A stretch of 64,000 bases of DNA, from NCBI GenBank assembly GCA_965203355.1, contig OZ241889.1, forward strand, positions 3,328,001 through 3,392,000, in the 5' to 3' direction. Made by a program: the position numbers and the translations under genes. Numbering within the stretch: position 1 is the stretch's first letter; each line of letters starts with the position of its first letter. Below the pieces are notes generated by a model. The model saw nothing but the letters and a program-made list of their open reading frames with translations. It searched no databases and was not told where the DNA came from. Source of the DNA: Candidatus Latescibacterota bacterium (GTDB taxonomy: Bacteria > Latescibacterota > UBA2968 > UBA8231). Below, piece after piece: positions 55,428 to 64,000 of the stretch.

Positions 55428-56255
55428 TCACATCTGGAAGCCGCCGGCTACTACCAGCGATACGCCGGTGAGGTACTCCGCTTCTGCTGAAGCGAGGAAG
55501 GCCACGGTGCGGGCTACATCTTCGGGTGTGCCGATGCGGCCCAAGGGGGTTTGCGCTGCTAGGTCGTGGACTAGGGCCGCCGTGGTGTCGGCGTCTGGCT
55601 CGCGGCGTTGGGCGAGGCCCGCGGCGATATAGTGGGTGCGCTCGGTGAGGGTGTTGCCCGGGCAGACCGCGTTGACGTTGATCCGGTGAGGGGCAAGCTC
55701 GCCAGCGAGGGATTGGGTAAAGCCGATGATGGCGAATTTGGACGTGCAGTACGCGGCGTAGCGCGGCAGCCCTTGGCGGCCGGCCGTAGAGGCCATGTTG
55801 ATGATTTTGCCGCCATCGCCGCGGTCGATCAGGTGCCGGGCCACGGCGCGCGAGCAGAGAAAGGTGCCCTTGACGTTGACGGTTTGCACCTGATCCCAGG
55901 CGGCTTCGCTTAGATCGACGACCGGGACGCGATCCGGGCCGGGGCGCGAGCCCGCGTTGTTGACTAGCAGGTCGATGCGGCCAAAGCGCGCGAGCGCGGC
56001 TTGCACCATGCCCTCGACTTGGGCGGCGTCGGACACGTCGGCTTCTACCGCGAGGGCCTGCCGACCGGCGGCTTCGCTTTCGGCGACGAGAGCGGACAGG
56101 CCGCCCCAGCCCGTCTCGCTATAGGGCCGAGCGCGCAAGTCGTTGACCACGAGGTCGCAGCCTTCGCGCGCCAAGCGCTGGCAGATGGCGCGGCCAATGC
56201 CGTGTTCGCCGCCCGCGCCAGTGACGAGGGCGACTTTGCCGTTGAGATTGTACAT
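55428..56255 (-). CDS. SDR family oxidoreductase
   Basis: GKVALVTGAG..GIG, LVNNAG, YCTSKF, VNAVCPG. Confidence 0.95.
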   Translation of the reverse strand: MYNLNGKVALVTGAGGEHGIGRAICQRLAREGCDLVVNDLRARPYSETGWGGLSALVAESEAAGRQALAVEADVSDAAQVEGMVQAALARFGRIDLLVNNAGSRPGPDRVPVVDLSEAAWDQVQTVNVKGTFLCSRAVARHLIDRGDGGKIINMASTAGRQGLPRYAAYCTSKFAIIGFTQSLAGELAPHRINVNAVCPGNTLTERTHYIAAGLAQRREPDADTTAALVHDLAAQTPLGRIGTPEDVARTVAFLASAEAEYLTGVSLVVAGGFQM

Positions 56256-56390
56256 GGGTTTCTCCGCATGATTAAGGAGTTGAGGGGCGGCGTGTAAAAC
56301 GCCAAGTAGTGCTTGCGTGCGTCCGTCAACAGAGCAAAGCGGTGGCGGGCTGGTTTGTCGTTCATTGGAGCCGGGAATTCCACCAAGAAC

Positions 56391-57758
56391 CTATTCGAGA
56401 CGCCGATTTTCTCCTGTAATTGCAATGGGAAACCACAGGAGTTGCAGGGCATCTTGTCGCACCTCGACGGAGAGGTCGCCCGGCGGTTCCGCGGTTTCAA
56501 TTGAGTACGAGCGGTGCAGGACCTTGGCTGGAGTCAATGAGGTAGTGTCTCGAACGGCCACTTTGCCATCCACCGACACTTCGATGACGACATTGGGCAT
56601 CTCGAGCGCGGGCGAAAGGGCGATGTTCAGCAACCCATCGTCTAAACTGCCGCGGACCGCGCCGACCTGCGAAGCCGCACTCATCCCCTTCGTTCCCCAG
56701 TAGCTATACATCCACTCCGTCCACGCGAGCGAGGCTCCGGGTGGGAGTGGCTGCGTCTCATCGGGAAAAAGTACCGACGTGCCACCCCACATCTCGACAT
56801 AGCCCTTGTTGGGCTGGCCGGAGCCCATGGGAATCCCGGTCGGATGGAAGCCGTAGGTCCATACATCGACCCCTGGGTTGAGGACGGGATCGAAGACGCG
56901 GACCACGCCCTCCTCAGCGTCGTGGGAGTAGGCGCTGTAATAGCCGGCCGTCAATCCGTCGGCCATGATATCGCCGGCCTTCCACCCTCGGATGTAGCGC
57001 AACGGGTTCTCGCTCCAGACCTGTGGACTCGGCCCTAGGTTTTTTTGCCAGCGGTCGGCGATCCGGATGCTCTTTGTGGGGATGATGAACTCGGTGTTGT
57101 CGGTCAGCTCGTTCTCACCGCCAGGAGTCCACATGGGATTGACCCAGTGGGCGAACTGAACGGTGTCGGCTCTTGGATTGTGAAGGCGGATCTGGGCCTC
57201 CAGTGCGGCTGAGCCTTGATGGACAGTCAGTCTGACTCGCTGGGTCAATCCTGTCAGCGGCTCCGTCGTTGCCATCGACATAGAAACCCGTTCTGGGTGA
57301 TCTTCCAAGATCTCCCACGTCCAGGGCAGCGCGAAGGTCGTGCCGTGTTCGTAGCCCGGAAGTGTGTACTCGATCCCGCCGATCCAGAGCCACCAGCCAG
57401 TGGGATTGTTTGCCCCGCCGGGGCGCACAATGTCGTTTTTCCACAGCGCGTCGTGGCTGGTCCGCTTGTCAATGAGGGAGTACACTCGTCCCATCTCCGG
57501 CAGCACCTCTACGCGCACATAGTCGGATTCGAGCACCACGCGCCTATGCTGCTTGTCGACGATGCGCGTCCAGTCGATGCGCTCGAAATTTAGATGGGGA
57601 AGTGGGTCGCCTTCGTCGTAGTAAATCGCCGGCTCGTAATCGACTTGAGGGATGTCGATGTGGTCGACGACAATGGATGTGGCGGCGCTTGGGGAAATTG
57701 CCGACAGGGCCAGAATCAGGGAGAGTACGAGCGGAAGAACTCGGCGTCGAGTCATCAT
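56391..57758 (-). CDS. Secreted DUF5107-like (galactose mutarotase-like) protein
   Basis: Signal peptide; VVLESDYVRVEVLPEMGRVYSLIDK, GGIE, YVEMWGG. Confidence 0.7.
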   Translation of the reverse strand: MMTRRRVLPLVLSLILALSAISPSAATSIVVDHIDIPQVDYEPAIYYDEGDPLPHLNFERIDWTRIVDKQHRRVVLESDYVRVEVLPEMGRVYSLIDKRTSHDALWKNDIVRPGGANNPTGWWLWIGGIEYTLPGYEHGTTFALPWTWEILEDHPERVSMSMATTEPLTGLTQRVRLTVHQGSAALEAQIRLHNPRADTVQFAHWVNPMWTPGGENELTDNTEFIIPTKSIRIADRWQKNLGPSPQVWSENPLRYIRGWKAGDIMADGLTAGYYSAYSHDAEEGVVRVFDPVLNPGVDVWTYGFHPTGIPMGSGQPNKGYVEMWGGTSVLFPDETQPLPPGASLAWTEWMYSYWGTKGMSAASQVGAVRGSLDDGLLNIALSPALEMPNVVIEVSVDGKVAVRDTTSLTPAKVLHRSYSIETAEPPGDLSVEVRQDALQLLWFPIAITGENRRLE

Positions 57759-59323
57759 TTCATCCTATGGCTATTCATCGCTGGTGTAGAGGACGGCCAG
57801 GTCTTGTTGCTGAATTTTGCGATGGCTTGGGCTGCCGCTGCCGAGTCGCCTGCCTGCCGGTACGCGAGCACGAGCCCCCGCTGTGCCGATGGCTGATCGG
57901 GATCTTGGGCTAGCGCTTGTTCGTATCGTTCGGCTGCGGTATGGGCATCGCCTTGTTGCAACTCGAGGTTTCCCAGCGCAATGAAAACATCGGCTGAATT
58001 CTCGGACAACTCCAGCGCCCGTTCGTACGCCTCTCGACTTAGGTCGATGTAGCCGCTAGTGGCATAGGCCGTGCCTAGGTTGTACCACGCCAAGCCATAG
58101 TCTGGCTTGAGATTCAGGGCTTGGCGGTACGCCGAAATCGCCTCGCTCGGGCGACCTAGTCGGATGTGGGCATTGCCGAGGTTCTGCCAGGCGCGGGCGT
58201 TGTCCGGCTGGAGCGACAAACCGTCGCGCAGGTGTCTAACGGCTCCCGCGTCGTGCCCGAGGCGAACGTAGAGGCGGGCGAGTTTGAAGTGTGTACTGGG
58301 ATTACGGCCCGGCTGGGCTAGCGTGCGCAGGTTCTCGATCTCAGCTATGTGCGGCTCAATTCGCCGATGGGTGGTGTGCTGTTCCTCGGCGTCCCGACTA
58401 CGACCTAGCTGGCGGTACGCGGAAGCCAACTGAAGACGAACATCGGGATGCACTGGGTCGAGTTCGAGAGCCTTCTCAAGAGCCGCGGCCGCTTCGACAT
58501 GCTTTTCCAACCGGGCTTGGGATATTCCCAGACCGATGTGCGCCTCCACTGAAGCGGGGTCGAGATTGACTGCTGTCGAAAATGCTTTGAGGGCCTGGTG
58601 GGCTCGTCCTACTTGTAGGAGGGCGCGGCCTACGGCTACCTCGTATCTGACGCTGTCTGGTGCCAAGGCGATGGCTCGCTGGAGGAGGTCCAAACTTTCC
58701 GCACAGCGACTTAGGTGTTCGCACTGGAGAGAACCCAAGGCGAAGATCGCCTCGTGAGACGTGGGCTCCAATTCCACCGCTTGCTCCAGCGAGGTATGGG
58801 CTGCCGCTACATCCCCCCGAGCCACCTGCACTACACCCATCAGCTTGTGCAGCGTTGAGCGGGCCGAATCGAGCGCGATGGCTTCGGCGAGTGCGAAGTG
58901 GGCGTTGTCGAGTTGTCCGACCCCGAGCCACGCCACCGATAGGCTCTCTAACGTCTCGGCATTGCGCTTGACCGCGACCGCGCGCTGCGCTAGGGCGAGT
59001 GCCGTGGTGTGATCGCGGATTCGGGCCAGAACCTCGCTGAGACCCATCAGGGCCCCCACGTGCAGACTATCCGACCGCAGCACCCCTTGGAACTGATCCA
59101 TTGACTGATCCACGTGCCCCAAGTCGAACAGTACGCGGGCAAGCGACGTCCGGGTCTCGGTATCTGTGGGGTGTTCGCGCAGTTGTTCTTCATACGTCAG
59201 CCGCAACCGTCCCAATTCGTCCGCTGTGGGCGGCGCGTCCGCAGCAGGGCGTTGGCTTTCGCACCCGACGAGCACCCCGATCAGGGCTAGGAACCACGCT
59301 TGTACTCTCACCGGGGCGTCCAT
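57755..59323 (-). CDS. TPR repeat lipoprotein
   Basis: LVGC lipobox-like, about a dozen TPR units (AWQNLGNAH, AWYNLGTAY). Confidence 0.88.
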   Translation of the reverse strand: MDAPVRVQAWFLALIGVLVGCESQRPAADAPPTADELGRLRLTYEEQLREHPTDTETRTSLARVLFDLGHVDQSMDQFQGVLRSDSLHVGALMGLSEVLARIRDHTTALALAQRAVAVKRNAETLESLSVAWLGVGQLDNAHFALAEAIALDSARSTLHKLMGVVQVARGDVAAAHTSLEQAVELEPTSHEAIFALGSLQCEHLSRCAESLDLLQRAIALAPDSVRYEVAVGRALLQVGRAHQALKAFSTAVNLDPASVEAHIGLGISQARLEKHVEAAAALEKALELDPVHPDVRLQLASAYRQLGRSRDAEEQHTTHRRIEPHIAEIENLRTLAQPGRNPSTHFKLARLYVRLGHDAGAVRHLRDGLSLQPDNARAWQNLGNAHIRLGRPSEAISAYRQALNLKPDYGLAWYNLGTAYATSGYIDLSREAYERALELSENSADVFIALGNLELQQGDAHTAAERYEQALAQDPDQPSAQRGLVLAYRQAGDSAAAAQAIAKFSNKTWPSSTPAMNSHRMK

Positions 59324-61044
59324 GGCTCGCCTTCTACAATGCGCACAAAGTGCCCTGCCGACACGGGCCCCACGGTTTGCGATTCGCCCGCTGGCCAACG
59401 AGTCAGGATGCGGTCCACTGCGGTCCGGTGCCCGAGGCCAAAGTGTAGTCGCAGATCATTGTGAGACAGGTAACTGCTGCCCCCTCGCACCTCGGCCGTT
59501 TGCCGCAGGTCAGCGGAGAATACCGTGACGCGTGCCCCGATTCCACTGCGATTGCTTCGCGTACCCTCCACCTCGACAGAAATCCAGTTGGCGCGGTTGC
59601 CGCTGTCGTTTCTGAGCAGGTGCGGACGCTGATTGTTATTGGACACGAACAGGTCGACATCTCCGTCGTTGTCGTAGTCAGCCGCGGCTGAGCCGCGTCC
59701 TACGCCGGCTGAGAACGCCGTCAGACCACTCGCCGCGGTCACGTCGGTGAACGTGCCGTCGCGATTGTTGAGAAAGAGCTGGTCGTGCTGTGCATAGCGC
59801 GGGCCGGCGCTGTCGAGAATTTCGATGTTGGGCTCGACATGGCCGTTGGCGAGGAACAGATCGGGATACCCGTCGTTGTCGATATCGACGAAATCGGTCC
59901 CGAAGGTGAGCGTTTGATAGGTCGGCCCGCCGAGGCCGCTCGGTGCGGTGTGGTCTGCGAATTGACCCGCTCCGGCATTGTGCAGCAGTCGGCAGGGTTC
60001 CCACTGGAAGTTGCACACGCCTAGGTCGAGCCGCCCGTCGCGATCATAATCGGCCCAATCAGTGCCCATGCCCGCCTCCGGGACCCCATCGGGACTCGTC
60101 GAGACGCCGGCCGATACCCCGACTTCGGCGAATCGAGATCCGTCGTTGCGGAACAGGAAATTTGGCTCGTGATCGTTGGCGACATAGAGATCAAAGTCGC
60201 CGTCGTCATCGTAGTCGGCAAATCCCACGCCTAGCTGCCGACCCGCTTCGGTCCAGAGCCCTATCGAGTCGGTGATGTCCGTGAAACCGAGGTCGCCGTC
60301 GTTGCGGAACAGAGCCCCGGAGTCACCGGGATAGGCACCAGGGCCACAGTAGATCTGAATCAGTCCGCGATAGCATTCCGGGCGATCATCTCCGACGATC
60401 CGCACGTCGTTGGCGACGTACAAATCTAAATCACTGTCGAGATCGATGTCGGCGAAGGCCGTACTCGTCGATACTCGCCGATCGCCGGTCCCCGACCATT
60501 CGGTCACGTCTGCAAAGCGGCCATTGCCTAGATTTCGATAGAGCCGATTGGCCCCCCAGTTCGTGACATAGAGGTCCGCATGGCCATCGTTGTCGATGTC
60601 CCCAACGCCGACCCCCATGCCGAAGCTGGTGTCGGCGACCCCTGCTGCCGCTGCCCTATTGACGAAGGTCCCGTCGGTCTGATTCACGAATAGCGCGTTG
60701 GCGGGCAGGTGAGCGGTGAGGACGCCGGGGCTAGCAGCGCTGTTCACGACGTAGAGATCCGGGAAACCGTCGCCGTTGAAATCGGCAAATGCGGCACCTG
60801 AGCCATGGGTTTCGGGATAGTGGTAGGCCCCGGCCGCGCCATTGAAGTGGCGGAACTCGATCCCGGACTCGGCCGCGACCTCGCTGAATCGAGGGGAGGT
60901 AAGAGCCGATTCCTCCTCGGCACCACAGCCCGACAAAACGGGTGCTGTCACCAAAGCAGCTTGCAGTGCCAGACGGACTAGATAGGCCCTATTCGATTGG
61001 TCTTTGTCTGCGCAGCTATATCGCTGTTGTGTATTGTAATTCAT
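59308..61044 (-). CDS. CRTAC1/ASPIC-UnbV family FG-GAP repeat protein
   Basis: DFNGDG/DIDNDG repeats, LSGC lipobox-like, GGSSYLSHNDLRLHFGLG; start uncertain. Confidence 0.88.
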   Translation of the reverse strand: MNYNTQQRYSCADKDQSNRAYLVRLALQAALVTAPVLSGCGAEEESALTSPRFSEVAAESGIEFRHFNGAAGAYHYPETHGSGAAFADFNGDGFPDLYVVNSAASPGVLTAHLPANALFVNQTDGTFVNRAAAAGVADTSFGMGVGVGDIDNDGHADLYVTNWGANRLYRNLGNGRFADVTEWSGTGDRRVSTSTAFADIDLDSDLDLYVANDVRIVGDDRPECYRGLIQIYCGPGAYPGDSGALFRNDGDLGFTDITDSIGLWTEAGRQLGVGFADYDDDGDFDLYVANDHEPNFLFRNDGSRFAEVGVSAGVSTSPDGVPEAGMGTDWADYDRDGRLDLGVCNFQWEPCRLLHNAGAGQFADHTAPSGLGGPTYQTLTFGTDFVDIDNDGYPDLFLANGHVEPNIEILDSAGPRYAQHDQLFLNNRDGTFTDVTAASGLTAFSAGVGRGSAAADYDNDGDVDLFVSNNNQRPHLLRNDSGNRANWISVEVEGTRSNRSGIGARVTVFSADLRQTAEVRGGSSYLSHNDLRLHFGLGHRTAVDRILTRWPAGESQTVGPVSAGHFVRIVEGEPWTPR

Positions 61045-61331
61045 AGGTTGGTCCGCCGAGCACCGATGATCCGAATCCACGGCGATTCAAGTTACTTATC
61101 CGGCCAAGATAGAGTCAAGCGCGTGTAGGGATGTAGTCGCGTCTTGCGCTTGGCTGACTCACTAGTCGAAAGAGGCTTGAACTGCTGACTGCATTTTTAT
61201 ATAATGATCACTTCGCCAACCTGCATTAGGTTGATTCACAAGTTGCGTGGATGCTCACTTTTCCGCGCCAATCCTACCGTTTTCCTTCAAGCTGTAAGGG
61301 TGAAGAGAAGACACGAACGAGAGGAGCTCTC

Positions 61332-62225
61332 ATGCGTAAGAAAGCAGTTCTAGGGACCATGGTCCTCGGCGCTGTGCTGCTGGCAGGTTTCGCCAGGCCG
61401 GTGGCGGCATACGAAAACTGCAACGGCGTCGGCTATTTTGCCCTGCAAGTGCCCAATCCAGGATCCATGAACCCCGATGGCGATGGCAGCGATTGGGGTT
61501 GGTTCGATCCAGATTTCGTCGTCGGGCCCGATGAGTTGTGCGACGTGATCGGCGAAGGTGAGTTTCCATCGCGTAGCGACCTCGACATCGCGCACCACGT
61601 CGGCTGGACGCCAGAGCCGGACAATCGGCTCTATGTATTCACGCGCGTCCTCGACGACACGCTGAACGCCGACGTCACCGAACTGAACGATGGTTGGCAC
61701 GACGATGACCTCGAGCTGATTTTGGATCCGGATCACGGCGTGTGGAACGAGGCGCCTGATGCCCTCCGCACCGGACACCAGCAGTGGACCTTCCACTACG
61801 CCCGTCCCGGTGGTTACCCCCTCGTGTCCTTTTTGCGTTGGAACCAACCGGCGGAGATGCAGTGGGGCCCCGAGACCGGTGCTGTTGAAGGGGCCGTCTC
61901 GGTCTCTCCAGCGGGTGCCGGGCACTTGGCCACTGACGTGACGGTGAACTACGAAGTCCGCATGGAGGCCTACGATCCGTACATGCCGGATGGCCGCGAT
62001 GCAAGCGTCCGCTGGGTCTTCGAAGCCGGCCAGACGATCGGCATGTCCCTGAGCCTCAACGAGGCGGACGGTGGCGGCCGAACGCATCAGATTACGACGC
62101 ACATCCAAAATGGCGGGGCGCATAGCTCGGAATTCACCTCGGAATTCACCTTGCTAAGCACCGATGAGTACGCTACGGCCGTTGAGGCGAGCAGTTGGGG
62201 CGCAGTAAAGGCACTGATGCGGTAA
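61332..62225 (+). CDS. Secreted CBM9/DOMON-like protein with C-terminal TAVEASSWGAVK motif
   Basis: GAGGAG SD, signal peptide, DGDGSDW, NRLYV, DDLELILDPDH, GQTIGM; paralogue of 23210-24163. Confidence 0.72.
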   Translation: MRKKAVLGTMVLGAVLLAGFARPVAAYENCNGVGYFALQVPNPGSMNPDGDGSDWGWFDPDFVVGPDELCDVIGEGEFPSRSDLDIAHHVGWTPEPDNRLYVFTRVLDDTLNADVTELNDGWHDDDLELILDPDHGVWNEAPDALRTGHQQWTFHYARPGGYPLVSFLRWNQPAEMQWGPETGAVEGAVSVSPAGAGHLATDVTVNYEVRMEAYDPYMPDGRDASVRWVFEAGQTIGMSLSLNEADGGGRTHQITTHIQNGGAHSSEFTSEFTLLSTDEYATAVEASSWGAVKALMR

Positions 62226-62253
62226 GCAAAAAAGACGCCGCTATCTTTCATCT

Positions 62254-62287
62254 GAGGGGGGAGGACTGTTCTCCCCCCTTAACTTTC
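62254..62287 (+). terminator. Probable terminator hairpin
   Basis: AGGGGGGAG / CTCCCCCCT stem followed by TAACTTT. Confidence 0.6.
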
Positions 62288-62321
62288 TAACGCATATCCG
62301 ATCCTGCGCGGAGAGGTTGTT

Positions 62322-63044
62322 TTGAGACCGCTTTTTAGCTGCTTATTGATTTTGGTTGCGTTCGGCTGTGGGCGCTATTTTCCGGGGTCTCTCCAGCCCC
62401 GACCTAGTTCCGAACAGGGCGAACACATGGTGGTCCACGACGACGGATCAGTGGCCTATGTATTCGAGAGGCTCGATATCGCGATTCGACCGATGACGGA
62501 CGCGGAACTCAATCGCAGTTTCGCCACAAGGTCGGCCGACGGCCCCCTATCTACCAATCCCTTCACATTCGGTGATTGGACCCCCCCGGGCGAGTCGTTT
62601 ACGCCCCAGCGATTTACCGTATTCCTCCTTCGGGTCAAGAACTATGCGTATCCGAAGGTCAAGATCGATCCCGCTAGGATCGAGTTGCGATCCGCCAGCG
62701 AGCGTTCCTACAAGCCCCTGACATTTCTCGAAATCAGTGAGTACTATCGAGCGTACGCGTTGGCTTGGGCCGGAAACTACTATGCGCGTATGCGCGAGCG
62801 CGAGGATCTCTTGCGTCTCCATATGTATGCTGACAAGATGATCTTCAGTGGCCAAGAGTACGAAGGCTTTCTCGTATTTCCGCCCATGCCACCAGACGTG
62901 ATCGAGTTGGCTGTCCACGTCGACGACGTTGCCATTCGTTTCAACTATGCTGATGAGCCCGTGGAGACCGTGGACCTGACCTACGGATTCCAACGCGAGG
63001 TCTTCAGGGGATACCAGCCACCCGCCACCGTCTCGGCACGCTGA
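62322..63044 (+). CDS. Hypothetical lipoprotein
   Basis: GAGG SD, TTG start, VAFGC lipobox-like. Confidence 0.7.
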   Translation: MRPLFSCLLILVAFGCGRYFPGSLQPRPSSEQGEHMVVHDDGSVAYVFERLDIAIRPMTDAELNRSFATRSADGPLSTNPFTFGDWTPPGESFTPQRFTVFLLRVKNYAYPKVKIDPARIELRSASERSYKPLTFLEISEYYRAYALAWAGNYYARMREREDLLRLHMYADKMIFSGQEYEGFLVFPPMPPDVIELAVHVDDVAIRFNYADEPVETVDLTYGFQREVFRGYQPPATVSAR

Positions 63045-63045
63045 C

Positions 63046-64000
63046 GTGCCTCTCACGGCCAAACGCGCGGATGTAGCTATCCCGCTTGTCCTGACGTTCC
63101 TCTTGAGCATTGATGCAGGCGGCCAGCTCGAAACCGTGCGCATCGGACAGGGCGGCGACACTTGGCAAAGCATGGCGCTCGTAGTGGCCGGTGCGCAGGT
63201 AACGGCCGATTCGCTGCTGCCAGCCGGCTTCAAGGTCAACGAGAATATCGTCGCCGCCGTTCGCTGGACGGATGTGGGCACGGGCCCAGACGAGTTTATA
63301 CCCGAGGGCGGAGCGCGGGTGTGGGCACGCGTTGCCGACGGTCAGCCCAATGACGTCCTCATCGACGGCAAGCCAAATACATCCACTGGGGAGCGATTTC
63401 AGATTCCTGGCCAGTCCCAAGACGGTCGGATATTCGTCTTTGATTTAGGGGCCTCGTTTCCCGTCGAGCAGATTGCCTTCTTCCCCAACCCGGCCGATAG
63501 CACGGCCTTCCTGCGGGCTTACGAGCTCAAGGTTAGCGACGGGCGCTCTTTTGACGCGGACGAGCGGCCGATCTACGAGACCATAGCGCGGGTCGAGGTC
63601 GCCAGCGAGGTTCGGACGGAGGTCGAGTTTCCGCGGCAGTTGGTCCGGTATATCCGCTTGGAAACGCTGGAACCGAATCCCTTTGACATCGCCGAGATTG
63701 AGGTGTTCGGGCGGGGATTTGTGCCGCGTGCTCAGTATCTCTCCAATTTCATTGATTTCGGCGGCGGCGGGCGCAACTTTGGTCGCCTAACAGTTGACGC
63801 GACCCGCGTGTCCACTGAGCCCAATGTGGGTTCGGACGATCCGGTTCAGGCGGTGTTACAGGTGCGGGCGGGCAGCGACACTTCGCCTGAGTCCTATTTC
63901 CAGATAAATCTTGAAACCGGCAGTGAGACGGAGATTTCAGAGGAGGCTTACCAGAGCCTCATAGACCGCGAGCGCACGGCGAGATACGATGCAGAAAACT
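63046..64000 (+). CDS. Secreted protein with discoidin/F5-8 type C-like domain (3' partial)
   Basis: My translation from GTG 63046 stays open to window end: LIDGKPNT, VFDLGASFPVEQIAFFP, RYIRLE, IAEIEVFGRGF. Confidence 0.72.
   Translation, partial: MPLTAKRADVAIPLVLTFLLSIDAGGQLETVRIGQGGDTWQSMALVVAGAQVTADSLLPAGFKVNENIVAAVRWTDVGTGPDEFIPEGGARVWARVADGQPNDVLIDGKPNTSTGERFQIPGQSQDGRIFVFDLGASFPVEQIAFFPNPADSTAFLRAYELKVSDGRSFDADERPIYETIARVEVASEVRTEVEFPRQLVRYIRLETLEPNPFDIAEIEVFGRGFVPRAQYLSNFIDFGGGGRNFGRLTVDATRVSTEPNVGSDDPVQAVLQVRAGSDTSPESYFQINLETGSETEISEEAYQSLIDRERTARYDAEN

Noticed and set aside
45812-61044. Recurrent GTCGCCGTCG/GTAGTCG DNA motifs as a repeat family
   Set aside because: They encode the DxDxDGD calcium-binding FG-GAP repeats of the two CRTAC1-like proteins.
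62126-62149. 12-bp tandem duplication CTCGGAATTCAC x2 (SEFTSEFT)
   Set aside because: Short, in frame, and the paralogue has a similar-length segment; no evidence of functional significance.
1-64000. tRNA, rRNA, riboswitch, prophage, integrase or reverse transcriptase
   Set aside because: None recognised by eye; a covariance-model search of the intergenic gaps (41873-42073, 47440-47665, 47858-48236, 61045-61331) would be needed to exclude ncRNAs.

Overview
GC-rich bacterial window with no rRNA, tRNA, cas gene or multi-unit CRISPR array that I can see. Gene content (FlgD-type C-terminal domain, CRTAC1/ASPIC proteins, three DUF6785-type membrane proteins, PhyH dioxygenases, sulfatases, C-terminal 'TAVExxSWGxxK' motifs) suggests a Latescibacterota/Poribacteria-like FCB-superphylum organism, possibly a sponge symbiont; this is inference only. 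Layout: (1) 1-19.3 kb, an uncharacterised cluster of beta-propeller proteins, TonB receptor, PaaK-like CoA ligase, flavin-dependent halogenase, Na+/solute symporter, GT4, thioesterase and ABC exporter, split by an insert carrying a zincin-VHL-Ig protein and a LysR-linked archaeal-type adenylosuccinate synthetase; (2) a lower-GC methylase + HNH nuclease island; (3) transport and sugar catabolism genes (SBP, rhaM, trkAH, GH116, aldo-keto reductases) and an IS5-family element; (4) a surface-protein block at the right end. Many genes are broken by internal deletions or frameshifts. The most striking local signal is a 38-bp exact duplication flanking a 36-bp foreign insert inside an arylsulfatase gene (48738-48849), which has the geometry of an off-target CRISPR spacer integration. 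All family assignments are by motif recognition, not database search.
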